A stretch of DNA of 64,000 bases, from NCBI GenBank assembly GCA_965649765.1, contig OZ287749.1:76322001-76386000 (forward strand), given 5' to 3'. Origin of the DNA: Bispira polyomma (Eukaryota). The position numbers were made by a program, and so were the translations under genes. A model generated the notes under the pieces. That model was not told where the DNA came from and ran no database searches. It saw only the letters and a program-made list of their open reading frames with translations. Within the stretch, counting starts at the first letter, position 1. The number at the start of each line of letters is the position of its first letter. Below are positions 49,077 through 60,521 of the stretch, in pieces.

Positions 49077-51602
49077 GAGGATACATATTTCAATCTAAAA
49101 AAAAACTAAAAATGTCCCTAGTCTCCTCAAAATATCTTCATCACTTCTTCCTGGCATTTTACTCAATTACTCAATCATTAATGAGCTGATTACCCAAAAA
49201 TTCCTGAGTTTTAGGGCTCAAAAAGAGGTACTTATAGGGTCTGGAAGCACTCCCGACTTCATCTTTCAGAAAGTTTGATCCTATTGGTCGGAATGACCAA
49301 TAGTCAGATCCTATAGTCAATATGTTCTATCCTAAGCCAATACGTTCGATCCTATCGCCAATAAGTTCGATCCTATCAAGGTCAGGGGTCAATGGAGTTT
49401 AAAGTCGTACGGCCTTTACGTATGATCGGGGTCGCGGGCACGTCAAAACGGCGCGCAATCAGTTCGATCGGGAAGGTCGGGGCACATTTTCATTTTCCCG
49501 CCCAAAATGTGGATTTTATTGATTTCTTGGTCCCGACCTTTCCGACTTTAAAGTCGGGGTCTTTTTGCCGACCGAAATTGTATGTGGAACCCCCCCTTTT
49601 ATGAATAATTCTTCTTTGGCCCATACACTTATTATTTGTGTCGGTATGTGGGCCCTGGTGGATGAATGCGCTCTACTTAGTCTTGTTTTATGTTGTGACC
49701 AGTTAACCATTTTCCTCTATCTAGCTTTTATGTAAAAAGGATAATTATACCCATTGGTGATACTAATAATGATAAAAACACTATATTTTGTTCAGTGAAA
49801 CTAGGAATGAGCTGAATGATCAGTATCATAAAACTGACACCAAAATATATAATTAGAAGTGGATAGATTAATATATATATAATGGATATAACAATTACAC
49901 GTTTACACAAGTTTTTAATATAGGCTTGTATAATACGTTTGTTTCCCCTGATTTGTAAACTGAACTAGTTTACTCAATATAAATTTTTTTTTTAGTCCCA
50001 CTAGCAACAAAACTTTGTTGTAAAGACAGACCCCAAAAGGACATAAATAGTTACATTACAAGTCAGCCAAGATAAGTCATTATGTTGATCTTGTTTTTCT
50101 AACCTATATGTGGATCCAGATTAACCTCACCAGGTCCAAAATAAACATAATAAGTAGATATATGTGAGGATTTTATTTTTTTCTTTTACAAAAACTTTGT
50201 AGTGAATACAGACATAAACAGTTAGATTAAAAGTCACCAATCTAGGTTACTATGCTGATCTTGTTATTCTGGTGTCAATGTGAATCCAGATTTTAAAAAA
50301 TCTCAATAATTGGACACATTTTTGTATTTTGCAAAAACATCAGAAGTTATAGGGTAAATATGTAAATGAGACAAATATATGTCAGTTTCTCGTGTACTGG
50401 CAAGTGATCTTTACTGGTCACAGATAATGTCAGATCAAGGTCAGAGGTCTCTATAATACATTGAAAGATGTGGTTCATTATTTATTGTTAGACTAAATAT
50501 TGTTAGCATTACACATCTATTTACATAAAGAATAGAGGCGATTGAAAGTCACCATAACTTAATTAAGGTTACCATAAATAAGTCTGATAAAGAGAAAAAA
50601 CATTAGGCTCAACTTAAATGAATTAGTTTTAACTTAAAGTTGATGAAAAAACAGAGTTTAATAACTGTATACCTTGTGCTATAAAATTAGAATAAGATAA
50701 ATATTTGAATTTAACTAAATGTAATTAACCATGCATTACTAAGTGGGCAGATACAATTAACTATGAAAATCACCCAAGCACCAGGATAAGGTAGGACATT
50801 ATCGTGGTGGAGCACCAGTTAAAGGATGCCACTTGAACATGTCAGATACTTCCTGACCAGCAATCACAGTGTCAGAAACATACCTCCACACACAGTCCGA
50901 CGTCCAGGTGCCGTTTTTTAACTATGTTGAATGCTGACGTTGTGAATAAAGGCAAATGTACCTCCACAAGGGACGGTGTGGAAAGTAAATTCTGAGTTTT
51001 GTATCTGCAACACATAAGTCAAATGACGCCCTACCCGGGTAACAGCCAAGAGAATCCATGGTTGGTTCAATTTGACCTGGAACAGTGGGTAAATATTTCC
51101 ACTGAGTGGGACAGCCAATGCAACAGTTAAAGCCCCAGCAGGGCAAAAATACAAATTTAAAATTTCAATCAAATAAGCTTTAATATTGAAAACAATTAAA
51201 AATATTAATATTAAAAACAATTAAGAAATATAAAGCAATCTAAAGTCACATAACATCTAAATCAAATAAAGCAGAAACTTTTAAAATATGTATAAGCAAA
51301 ACAGATTGTCATATATTTAAACAATTTAGTCACATTTAAAGTTATATAAGGTACTTATATAACAAGAACCTTTAATTCAAATCAATTTGAAAATAATATG
51401 CTCATAATATATTTTTGTACTGTCTATATTTATATACGCTATCTACAAATGGCAAATATATAAGTTTGTGAAGTTTATGTTAATACTACCATTATGACAT
51501 AAAATTAAACAAGCTGAAAACAATTATTTAAAGTTTAAGCATGGTGAATACAGTTGCCAAAGTATCAAACTTGGTATATATATTACTTTATGGAATACAA
51601 GG

Positions 51603-51795
51603 GTTTTGAATTTGAATTGGAATATTTAACGTCCACTCTAGCACCTGTTTTAGGTTATATTGGGGACGGGTAGTTGGAAACGCTGGAGGAAACACTGCAT
51701 ACAGTTGATCAAGGTTCTGCACTGAAACCAGCGGCCCACAGTAAGGAACTACCACCTTTCCCACATAGGCATCGTCAGGATTCGAACTCACGCCG
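51603..51795 (-). mobile_element. tRNA-derived SINE, 5'-truncated
   Basis: Same family as 54560; perfect 13-bp TSD ATGGAATACAAGG (51590-51602, 51796-51808). Confidence 0.85.
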
Positions 51796-52398
51796 ATGGA
51801 ATACAAGGAAATATATATAATATATTGTAGTTCTTAAGGTAATACAAGGAAATATATATTTATATAACATGTATTTTTTGTTGTAGTTCGTAAATTAAGT
51901 TCAGTATATTGTTAAACGTAGACATAAATATTCAACAGCTGTAATTGGCGATCAGTCAGGAGAACATCAGAAGTAAGATTAGGATTAAAAGCCAACCAGA
52001 TAAATCATTTACCTTGATCTTCTATTTCTTGTGTTAATTGTGCCAACGCAAGATTTGTACAGAATGCATAAAGAAAAAAGTTCCTTAATATCCAATAATT
52101 ATCAATCTTTAATATTTCATACAATTAAATCGACAAATATGTTCATGAGCATATTTAATATTGCAAACCGCACTCTGTGACAAATTTACCATACAGAAAC
52201 TACTGCTAAAAATAAAACCAAAAAACTCACATTTACAGGTGGCTTAACATGTTTTCCCAAATGAAACTTGGTTCATTCTGATACTGAATTTCAAATATTA
52301 CTGACGAATTCAATTAATTATTTATCACAGTAACAAGTTGAAGTGCTGGGTTTGTCCTCATTGAAACTGCTGCTATGATGTCTTTAAACTGTCCTCAT

Positions 52399-55300
52399 TT
52401 ATAACATTTTCTCTGTGTCTTCCTTTCCTTTGATTCTCACTCCAAGTTTGCCTTCCTCTTTGACTTTCCTGAGAAACTCCACCCTGTCTTCCCATTCTGG
52501 CATCCCATCCCGCATTTCCTCATGAATGATGACATCAATGCAGTCATCATATGCAGAAGAAACCCTTCTGCCAGATATCTCATTGATAAGTTGCAAATTT
52601 CTGATGGCTTTCTCGATGTTGCCTTCAACATACTTCTTTGCTTCATCCGAACTGCTATCTATGGCATTTAGAAGAATGCCCACTTTTTCCTTTTTGTCTA
52701 CTTTGTATTCTTCTGGGAGATCTGAAAACTTCTTGGTGTGCTTTTCCATCTTTAAGAAAATTTGAAAAGCTCTGTTGAAGTGTTGATCCCAGTAACAGTT
52801 CCCTGGACATACAGTGCAATATCCATCCTTCATCGCACAACATCCATATTTTGCATCATCATCCACTACTGCACAATTGGCATGACACGTGACAAAACAT
52901 ATAGAGCAATTGGTGACCTGTTCTCCACAGTATGGCAAATTTCTCTTGACCTTGACAGGTTTGAAGATTTTGTACTCAAAGTCTGGCACTTTCTCGATAA
53001 AAACATCTGGTCTCACCTTTTCTTCTATCAGGTTTTTCTCTTCTTCCATCACTCTGAGCCTTTGGCAGCCAATTCTAACCAAATTATTTAATTGCCTCAA
53101 ACCTTCAGTGGCTTGGTCTCTTCTCTCAAGGTTATCGGGTGTGATGTGCAAACTGACTGGTTTCTCAGATTCTACCTTTTCAGATAGGGCATCAAGTGCT
53201 TCTTGAGTGCCAGACCATGCTGCCTGCAGGCTCTTCTCAACTTTATTGGCATTACTGTAGGGTATGGCCTTCATTTTATTAAAGGCAATCATGTTATTAA
53301 AGAAATGCTTATTGCTCTCCCACAGCTCAGAATCTGCAATAGCTTTCATTACAGGCATGTCATCATCTTCTTCTGAAAATCCAACCAAATTGGTTACTTT
53401 ATGTTGCAGTTGTTCTCCATACATCTGCACAAGTTCCCTATAAACTTGTAAATACATTGGATGCACTGCTTTAGCTTGAGCATTGTAAACAAACCATATC
53501 GCACTAAAGCAGTCTACTTCATGCGCTACTGGTGCGTTCATAAACTTTTTTAAGTTATCCACAACCTCTTGCTCATCCACTCGGTTCTGCCGAACTGTAC
53601 TAAAGCCTGGCATATCAACAATATTCAATGCAAATGGCAGAGTAGTGTTAGATGTGGATGGAATGGTGTAAACATTGATCCATTTGGGCCGATTTGGACT
53701 ATTTTCCTCTGGATCTGTGATTCTGAGAGTAAACTTGTCCTCCCATTTGACCCCAAGTGCATGGTTGGTCACACAATCTATCAGGGTACTCTTGCCGCAA
53801 TCCTTTGCACCAACGACCAAGATGTTTTTCTGTGGGTCAATCCTTGAAGGATTCCCTTTACGTTCAAATAGAAATGAACAAAATAGTTATATATCTATCT
53901 CTAATTTTAGGAACTAATTTAAGTCATAAAAAGTTTAAAATCATATTTAAATATTGTGTTTAAGCCCTCAAGTGTTACATCATCAAAAAGCTTCTTTTTT
54001 TGGATCGAGTAGCGATAATTTTATATGTTTTTGTTATTAATCCCTTAATGCCTACCTTGGCTATATTCATGCATTTACGGAGTTTGTTTTTAATTTATTA
54101 TAAAATATGTACTAGATTACAATATACACATGGGTATTGTAAGTTGTCAACACTATTGACAAGCTTGAATGAAACATTTGTTTCACTGTTGGATATAGTT
54201 ATCTTGCCAAAGTTGTTTGTTTTGCCAAAGCATTGCTTAATAACACATCTACTGTTATAAATATATACCTATTTTGAAAACCTCACATTTAATGGTAAAA
54301 CCCCCAGTAATATAATTGAGGAATCTCACCAAAAGTGGTGCCTTAATGTAGAGGGACAATAGTTTTATCTCCTATCCAGTAAGCAGTATATTAGACTGAT
54401 GACTAATAGAACACAGACCCAGAACCCTACCAGTGTACTTCACTGTTAGCTAAATGCATATGTATGACATCAATACATACCCAGCATATACCCAGAACCC
54501 TACCAGTGTACTTTATTGTTAGCTAAATGCATATGTATGGCATCAATACATACCCAGCAGGGGGCCGCGGTGGCCTAGTGGTTAGCAAGCATTGCGCTTC
54601 ACAATCACTGGTCTCTCACCTCTGGGTGGTGTGAGTTCGAATCCCGTCAATGCCTATGTGGGAAAGGTGGTAGTTCCTTACTGTGGGCCGCTGGTTTCAG
54701 TGCAGAACCTTGATCAACTATATGCAGTGTTTCCTCCAGCGTTTCCAACTACCCGTCGGACTATAACCTAAATAGGTACTAAAGTGGACGTTAAATATCC
54801 AAATTAAAAAAAACAAACATACCCAGCATATACCCGGAACCCCAACAGTGTACTTCATTGTTAGCTAAATACATATGTATGACATCAATACATACCCAGC
54901 ATATACCCAGAACCCTACCAGTGTACTTCATTGCTAGCTAAATGCATATGTATGACATCAATACATACCCAGCATATACTTCCTGGCACCACAACTTGTA
55001 TCTTCCCATGCTTTCACCATGGGAAGTTTTATCACTGTCCTACCATTAAGTTTGTATGCCATGGCTTCAGTGACCCTGTCTGGGCTATCATGGTTCTTCT
55101 GTGTTCATGTGAAAACAAAATATACTTTGTATATGTAACATCATAACTAGATAAAATTTACCCTTCTATCATAGATATTACAGATTATATTATGTCATTG
55201 ATATTATAGATATTTCTAAAAGGTAATATTCCCAAAACAATCATTGTCTAAAACCTACTACAATAATATAAACTAGATCTTTTGACAAAGTGTTGTCTTG

Positions 55301-55921
55301 ACTAAACCAATTTTAAATTAGGCACTCTTGGTCTTAGATATAGTGCAGCTTTAGGTTTAGCCCAGTTGTAAATTGATGACGTTTGCATGACCAAAGTCTT
55401 GTCTTTGAATTGTATTCACCAACAATGACTTGCCTAAGATTTAAGGCCAAAATTTGAATTTTAACCCGAAAATGCATGTGTCACAAAATATAAACACAGA
55501 ATCACTACATATATCAATAAACTATAGTAACTGGAAAGTCATTTATGAGAGTCATGTTTTTCATTTTGTTTCATAAGGCTTAGACTTTAAATTTCTTAGG
55601 ACCTTTCTAAGTGTAGTCAGAATAATGCCAGAAATAGTGAGACATTTTGCATGGACAATTACACCGACCGTTACAACACTCTACCACTTAGCTACCACAC
55701 TCTACCACAGTACAGGTAGCTTGGATGCCCTCTCAGTGCTCATATACTCAAAATATACAGCTTTCTTTAAGACATCAAAAAAGTACCTTGGCTCTGTGTT
55801 CCCTCACAGTATGCAAGTAATCTGACATTCTTGGGTTGGTCAGTTTGGCCACTTCTTCTATCCACTCATCTTGGTTTGATAGTAACTTGCCCTGGGGCTT
55901 CTTGGCACGTGGTTCATACAT
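52399..55921 (-). CDS. Septin/AIG1-like P-loop GTPase with C-terminal Cys-rich module, paralogue A (at least 573 aa)
   Basis: Exons 55787-55921, 54969-55098, 52399-53855 (phases 0, 1), each homologous to an exon of paralogue B; G1 GAKDCGKST, G3 DMPG; TNCSICFVTCHANC...CCAM..GYCTVCPGNCYWDQHFN. Possible extra 5' coding exon at 57625-57673. Confidence 0.85.
54417..54980. repeat. Tandem repeat of about 73 bp (4 units) containing the exon-2 donor site of GTPase A, interrupted by a SINE
   Basis: Unit CCCAGAACCCTACCAGTGTACTTCATTGTTAGCTAAATGCATATGTATGACATCAATACATACCCAGCATATA. Confidence 0.9.
54560..54816 (+). mobile_element. tRNA-derived SINE, full length
   Basis: A box TGGCCTAGTGG, B box GTTCGAATCC, A-rich tail, perfect 12-bp TSD ACATACCCAGCA (54548-54559, 54817-54828). 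Confidence 0.9.
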
Positions 55922-58687
55922 AGCTACAAATAGCATAAGGGACTGCGTTCGTAAAATGTTTTTGTATAGAAATGTACTTAGGACATGGTTGAAATAAAGA
56001 AAGAATGTATTGTTTAAAAATAAGCCTTTACTTTGTCTTGATTAACAATATTATTATAAGAAACACTAAATCTGTGATCAGTGAAATACTGTTTAAGTGG
56101 ACATTTTCATTAATTTGACCTATTTTGGCTAATAAGTTTGGATAGTGGAAATTAAGTCCTAGTAAAATTGAACTTTTATTGATATTTCAAATAATCATTG
56201 CCAACAGCAAAAATAATTTCCAGTCAATCAGAAATTGTAAACAGATGTTAGATTAAGTCTAAACTTAGCAATTTTACTATAGTGTCTTTTGCACATACCA
56301 AATCTTTTGAAGAAACTTTGAACGCCATCTCGAACCATTGTAGGATCCGTTCCAAGAAATTTCTTCATGAAAATATTATGTGTTGTGGAAGCTGCAACAA
56401 TTGCTGGAATTGGAAAGATTTTTAATAGTTACAACTGGTATCTAAGTTATTTCCACAGCTGACCATATTCTTGAAAATGTTATCTCCCACACAAGACTGC
56501 TCATCGCAATTAATTAAGTTTGTCAGGTTAATTTGAGCATGACGTTGCTGTAATTATACTTTTTGTAACCTTATTTTTGGACACATTCATAAAATGTTTG
56601 TCAAAAGGGTATTGTGTGTATCTTTTACATTCTCATAATATACAAATTCAAATGTTTACACAAAAAATAACTTAGAATGGTGTTTAAACCCTATGTCATA
56701 CAGGGATGGTATTCATAAAATACATAAGCCCAGAAATTATGGCAAGTAAATCTAATGCGAAGGTATGGGAAATGTTAGAAAAATAAATCGCATTTCTTTG
56801 TAGTATAATGCCATGGTTACACTGGCCTTACGTTTTAATCTGGCACAAAAGATATCTAAAAATAGAATGTGTACGTGAAACGTAACCATTTGTGTAGTGA
56901 ACATAGTGTACTCGAGTAAACTTAAGCATGTGTGAGGAAGATGGTCCCTTAATGTCCCATTAATTTCAAAATTTTGCGAAACGGTTGGTGCATTTGCGGG
57001 TAACATATGACACATATTCCATGTGTATATGACTTAAAGGACCGCAGTAAAACGTACTATACACCCAAATAATATTTAAAACAAGAACAGGAGATCGAAA
57101 CGGGTTTAGAAACTTGGCTAACGATACAAACATAATTGAAAAGGCTGTTAAATGTGTGTAAAACGTGTCCCAAACGTGTATAGAGCATGTAAAAAAAGGC
57201 CCATACATTAATTTTTTGTTACATTTTCCTAAATTTTCTGTTCGTTTAAATTTGTTGGCTCACATTTAAAACAAAGCGAACGTGCTAAGTGTGGCCACAG
57301 CATAAGACTTTTTTCTTTCTTGAACCAGTCTTAAACTTGGGACTCTTTCGTCTCAGCTTATACCCATCTCATATTAGGATTCACCAATAGTGACAACCAA
57401 AAACCACAAAAAGAAGCTTACGAGAAAAATTCTTCACTGTTTTATTTTACCTGTCATTTAAACTTCAATTTTAAGTAACAGTTAAAAAATATAACTGTGC
57501 ATAAACAAGCCACAATTAGTTATTATTACACAATATGTAATATTACGAAAAGGAGACCACACTATATAGCTTAATATCTGTTTAATATCCGTCTAATACC
57601 AGTAACCTAACAATTTTTACTGACCATTTTTGTGTTTCTTCTCAATTTCTTCTTGTTGTTTGTCAACATTCATCGTTGTTATAATTTTGTTCTATTATTT
57701 ATACCAACTAGTCCAATTTTGTCACAATATAATGCACTTAAGTATACAGTATAATACCCTCCAAAGATTATGTTTTCAAATAGTTCCCTACTGCCTTAAA
57801 ATAATAGTGATTTGCTATAACTAGTTCAAATATATATTTTCTATATTTGCAATAAGCACTATCTCAGTCCAATTGTAAGATAGAATGGTTAAATCCGATC
57901 TGAAATGGCTTAACTGCGACGATTACTCAAGACTCAGAAGTGAAACTGAAACTCTTGCTGGGTATTTCTGGGAATGTTGGCTAATTTGAGGGGAGTGTTG
58001 ATATTTTGTGCACATGTAGGGAGACCTCCTTCTGCATTGTTAAATATCGGAGACATACAAATACTAGTCATTGTAAGTAGCTAAACCTCTTAGAGGTTAG
58101 TGTTTTTTAATAAAGGGATAATCTTTAATTTGAAAGATAAAGGAAAATAGAAGGGCCACTCAGAGAAAAACATTTCTTGATGTGTATCGACTTACTATCT
58201 TGATACCTAAACTTGGCAATTACCCATTGTAACCCTATACTAGATAAACATGATGTTTAGACTGGGTGAGATTAATATCCATGTTAATATACAGTTTTAT
58301 CATATTTATTAATATGTATGTACACAGTTGTACATATAAATGATTATTGCTTGTAATTTATGTAATGTAATATAAGTTATTAAATAATACTTTATTATAA
58401 TGGGAAAGATGTAGAAATGTATTTGTCGTGACAGAGTTTATATTATTTTACTAAAAATTTAATCTTGTTGTCATTTATATTTCACAATATAGTTAATCGT
58501 TTTAGACTGCCAATAGCCGACCAGTATAAACATACTATCATTCCCTTGACTGAAGCCAGAGGCTTGGGGATCACCAATTATCAACGTCCCCAAGGATCTT
58601 TAGCCTTCCAATAGGGATAGGACCCAAAGACAGAGAGACGGCCTTTTTGAGTGGTCATCCGACCCAAAAGGCAATGGCGTGTTCACA

Positions 58688-58960
58688 TCATAACGTCCTC
58701 TTCTATACTGTTATCACTGTGTCCCCTTCTGTCAATTTTTAATCACAACGTCTACTTCTGTGAATTGTATTATTAGAGAATCTGTCTCTTTTCTTGTCAC
58801 AAGGTCCTCTTCTGTCAATTTAATATCACAATGTCCCCTTCTGTCAATTTAATATCACAACGTCCTCTTATGTCAATTGTATTATCAGAATATCGTCTTC
58901 TGTCTCTTTTGCTATCCCAATCCCCCCTCCTGGTAAATTAATATCACAACGTCTTCTTTT
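58688..58960. repeat. Degenerate minisatellite, unit about 30 bp
   Basis: Recurrent ATCACAACGTCCTCTTCTGTCAATTT. Confidence 0.75.
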
Positions 58961-60521
58961 AATACGTATTTTTCAACGTCTATAATTATTAATTATTTTC
59001 TAATAGTGACTTAGACTGTTTAACATTAATTATTGAAAAAAAAAGTGATTAATTAATATTAGAAATAACAAACTGATTACAGTTAAAACCATTAGGTAAA
59101 TGTATGATAAAAGTGAATAATATAAATAAAAATCAACCTAAGTAAATATAAAAATAATATTAGGAATGAACTAAAAGGTTGGTACGATATAGTTAATATA
59201 AATTAATGCTGATAAAAAAACAAAGGTTTTGAAAAAGGTTTCTTAAAGTTGGTAAAAGTTTCTGCCAATATGAATATCCAGTGAAAGATCATTAAAACAG
59301 GAGCAACATTGTCGAAACAATGGTTACCATATTTGGTATTGGATCAATGTGCAGTCATTTAAGTTCCAATCTAATCTAGTCCTTTTAGGATCTAAATCTT
59401 TCCTCTGAAAGAAGGAAATAAGTGCCCTAGGTAAATTCATAATATGAGGGGAATAGCCAAGTTCCTCAACACAAAAGGTTACCATTCAGCCAAGGGAGAG
59501 GAAGCATATGTTAAAAAGGCTTGCTTGATCAAATAAGATGGAAATGCTATTTGCTGTCCTGATGTGGAGTAGGAGATTATTAAAGAGAGAAGGAGCCATA
59601 GATGTTGCTGATTTGTCGAATGGCTCCTGTTTGGATAGATGGGCTTTGCATATACTCAAACTTAGAGAAAATTGTGATCCGGGTTATTCATAAGGATCAC
59701 TCTGGACGAACTGTATGGATATATAAGTTCTTTTGTGTAAATTGGTTGGCCAAAGTTTGTTTTGTAGGTCAGGAGATGCATTTTCAAAATAAGTCTGTAA
59801 CTTGTTTTATTGATTTTGAGATCTTAGGACCATGTAGGCAAGTAGGGTTTATTAAGGTCAAATATATATGTAGAAGCAGTGTTGTAGGCAGTTTGAAATA
59901 CTTCACCGATTGACCTAAAAGTACAAGTTCATGGGTTATTAAACAAAGTAAAACAAATATGTTATCATTTAGAATAAAGAAAATTACACAACCATAAATA
60001 CAACATATATATATTCATAGAAAGGCAAACTCTACAGAAACATAAACATATTCAAAGTTGACAATCAAAGCTCCTGGTTCTAGTAAATGCTTGATCTTCA
60101 TGATCCCCATCGTCCTTTTATTACACAACAAAATGAATATCTTTAAATAGACGTTGCTTAGACTTGCACTTCCAAGTCTTTACTTTTGTTATAACAGTGT
60201 ATGACTACATTGTGAAAAGGTCATATGCTATAGTGTTTACTGTTATTTCAAAAGTTTACAGTTCTTCCATTTCATTTGAATTTCATGGTACTTATAACAA
60301 TGTCCTCAATGTCTTTACCTTTAACGTATGACTACATTATTAAAATATTATATACTTCTGATTAATGTTATTCCAAAAGTACAATTCCATTCTGGGTGGG
60401 GTTTACTGTATTTATAACAATGTTCACTGGAATGATTTGCACATGGTCTATTTTTTCTCTGCTGTTCTATATGATATACAGTATGTACATGTTGGAATTA
60501 CAGTCACTTCTATACATATAT

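Larger units (their letters stand above)
44392..49597. mobile_element. PIF/Harbinger DNA transposon, about 5.2 kb, with two convergent ORFs
   Basis: TIRs AGTGGGGGTTCGACAT / ATGTGGAACCCCCCCT (14/16), TTA at the left flank, subterminal CCCGACCTTCC and GGATCGAAC repeats, MADF ORF (+) and HARBI1-type DDE ORF (-). Confidence 0.9.

Noticed and set aside
54560-54650. tRNA gene
   Set aside because: A/B boxes belong to a SINE head with body, tail and TSD; no proper cloverleaf.
58500-58685. Meta-domain-like SINE 3' part
   Set aside because: Weak resemblance from memory only; no tRNA head or TSD found.
59280-59910. Possible LINE remnant or 103-aa ORF
   Set aside because: Only faint LINE-like hints and no diagnostic motif that I can support.
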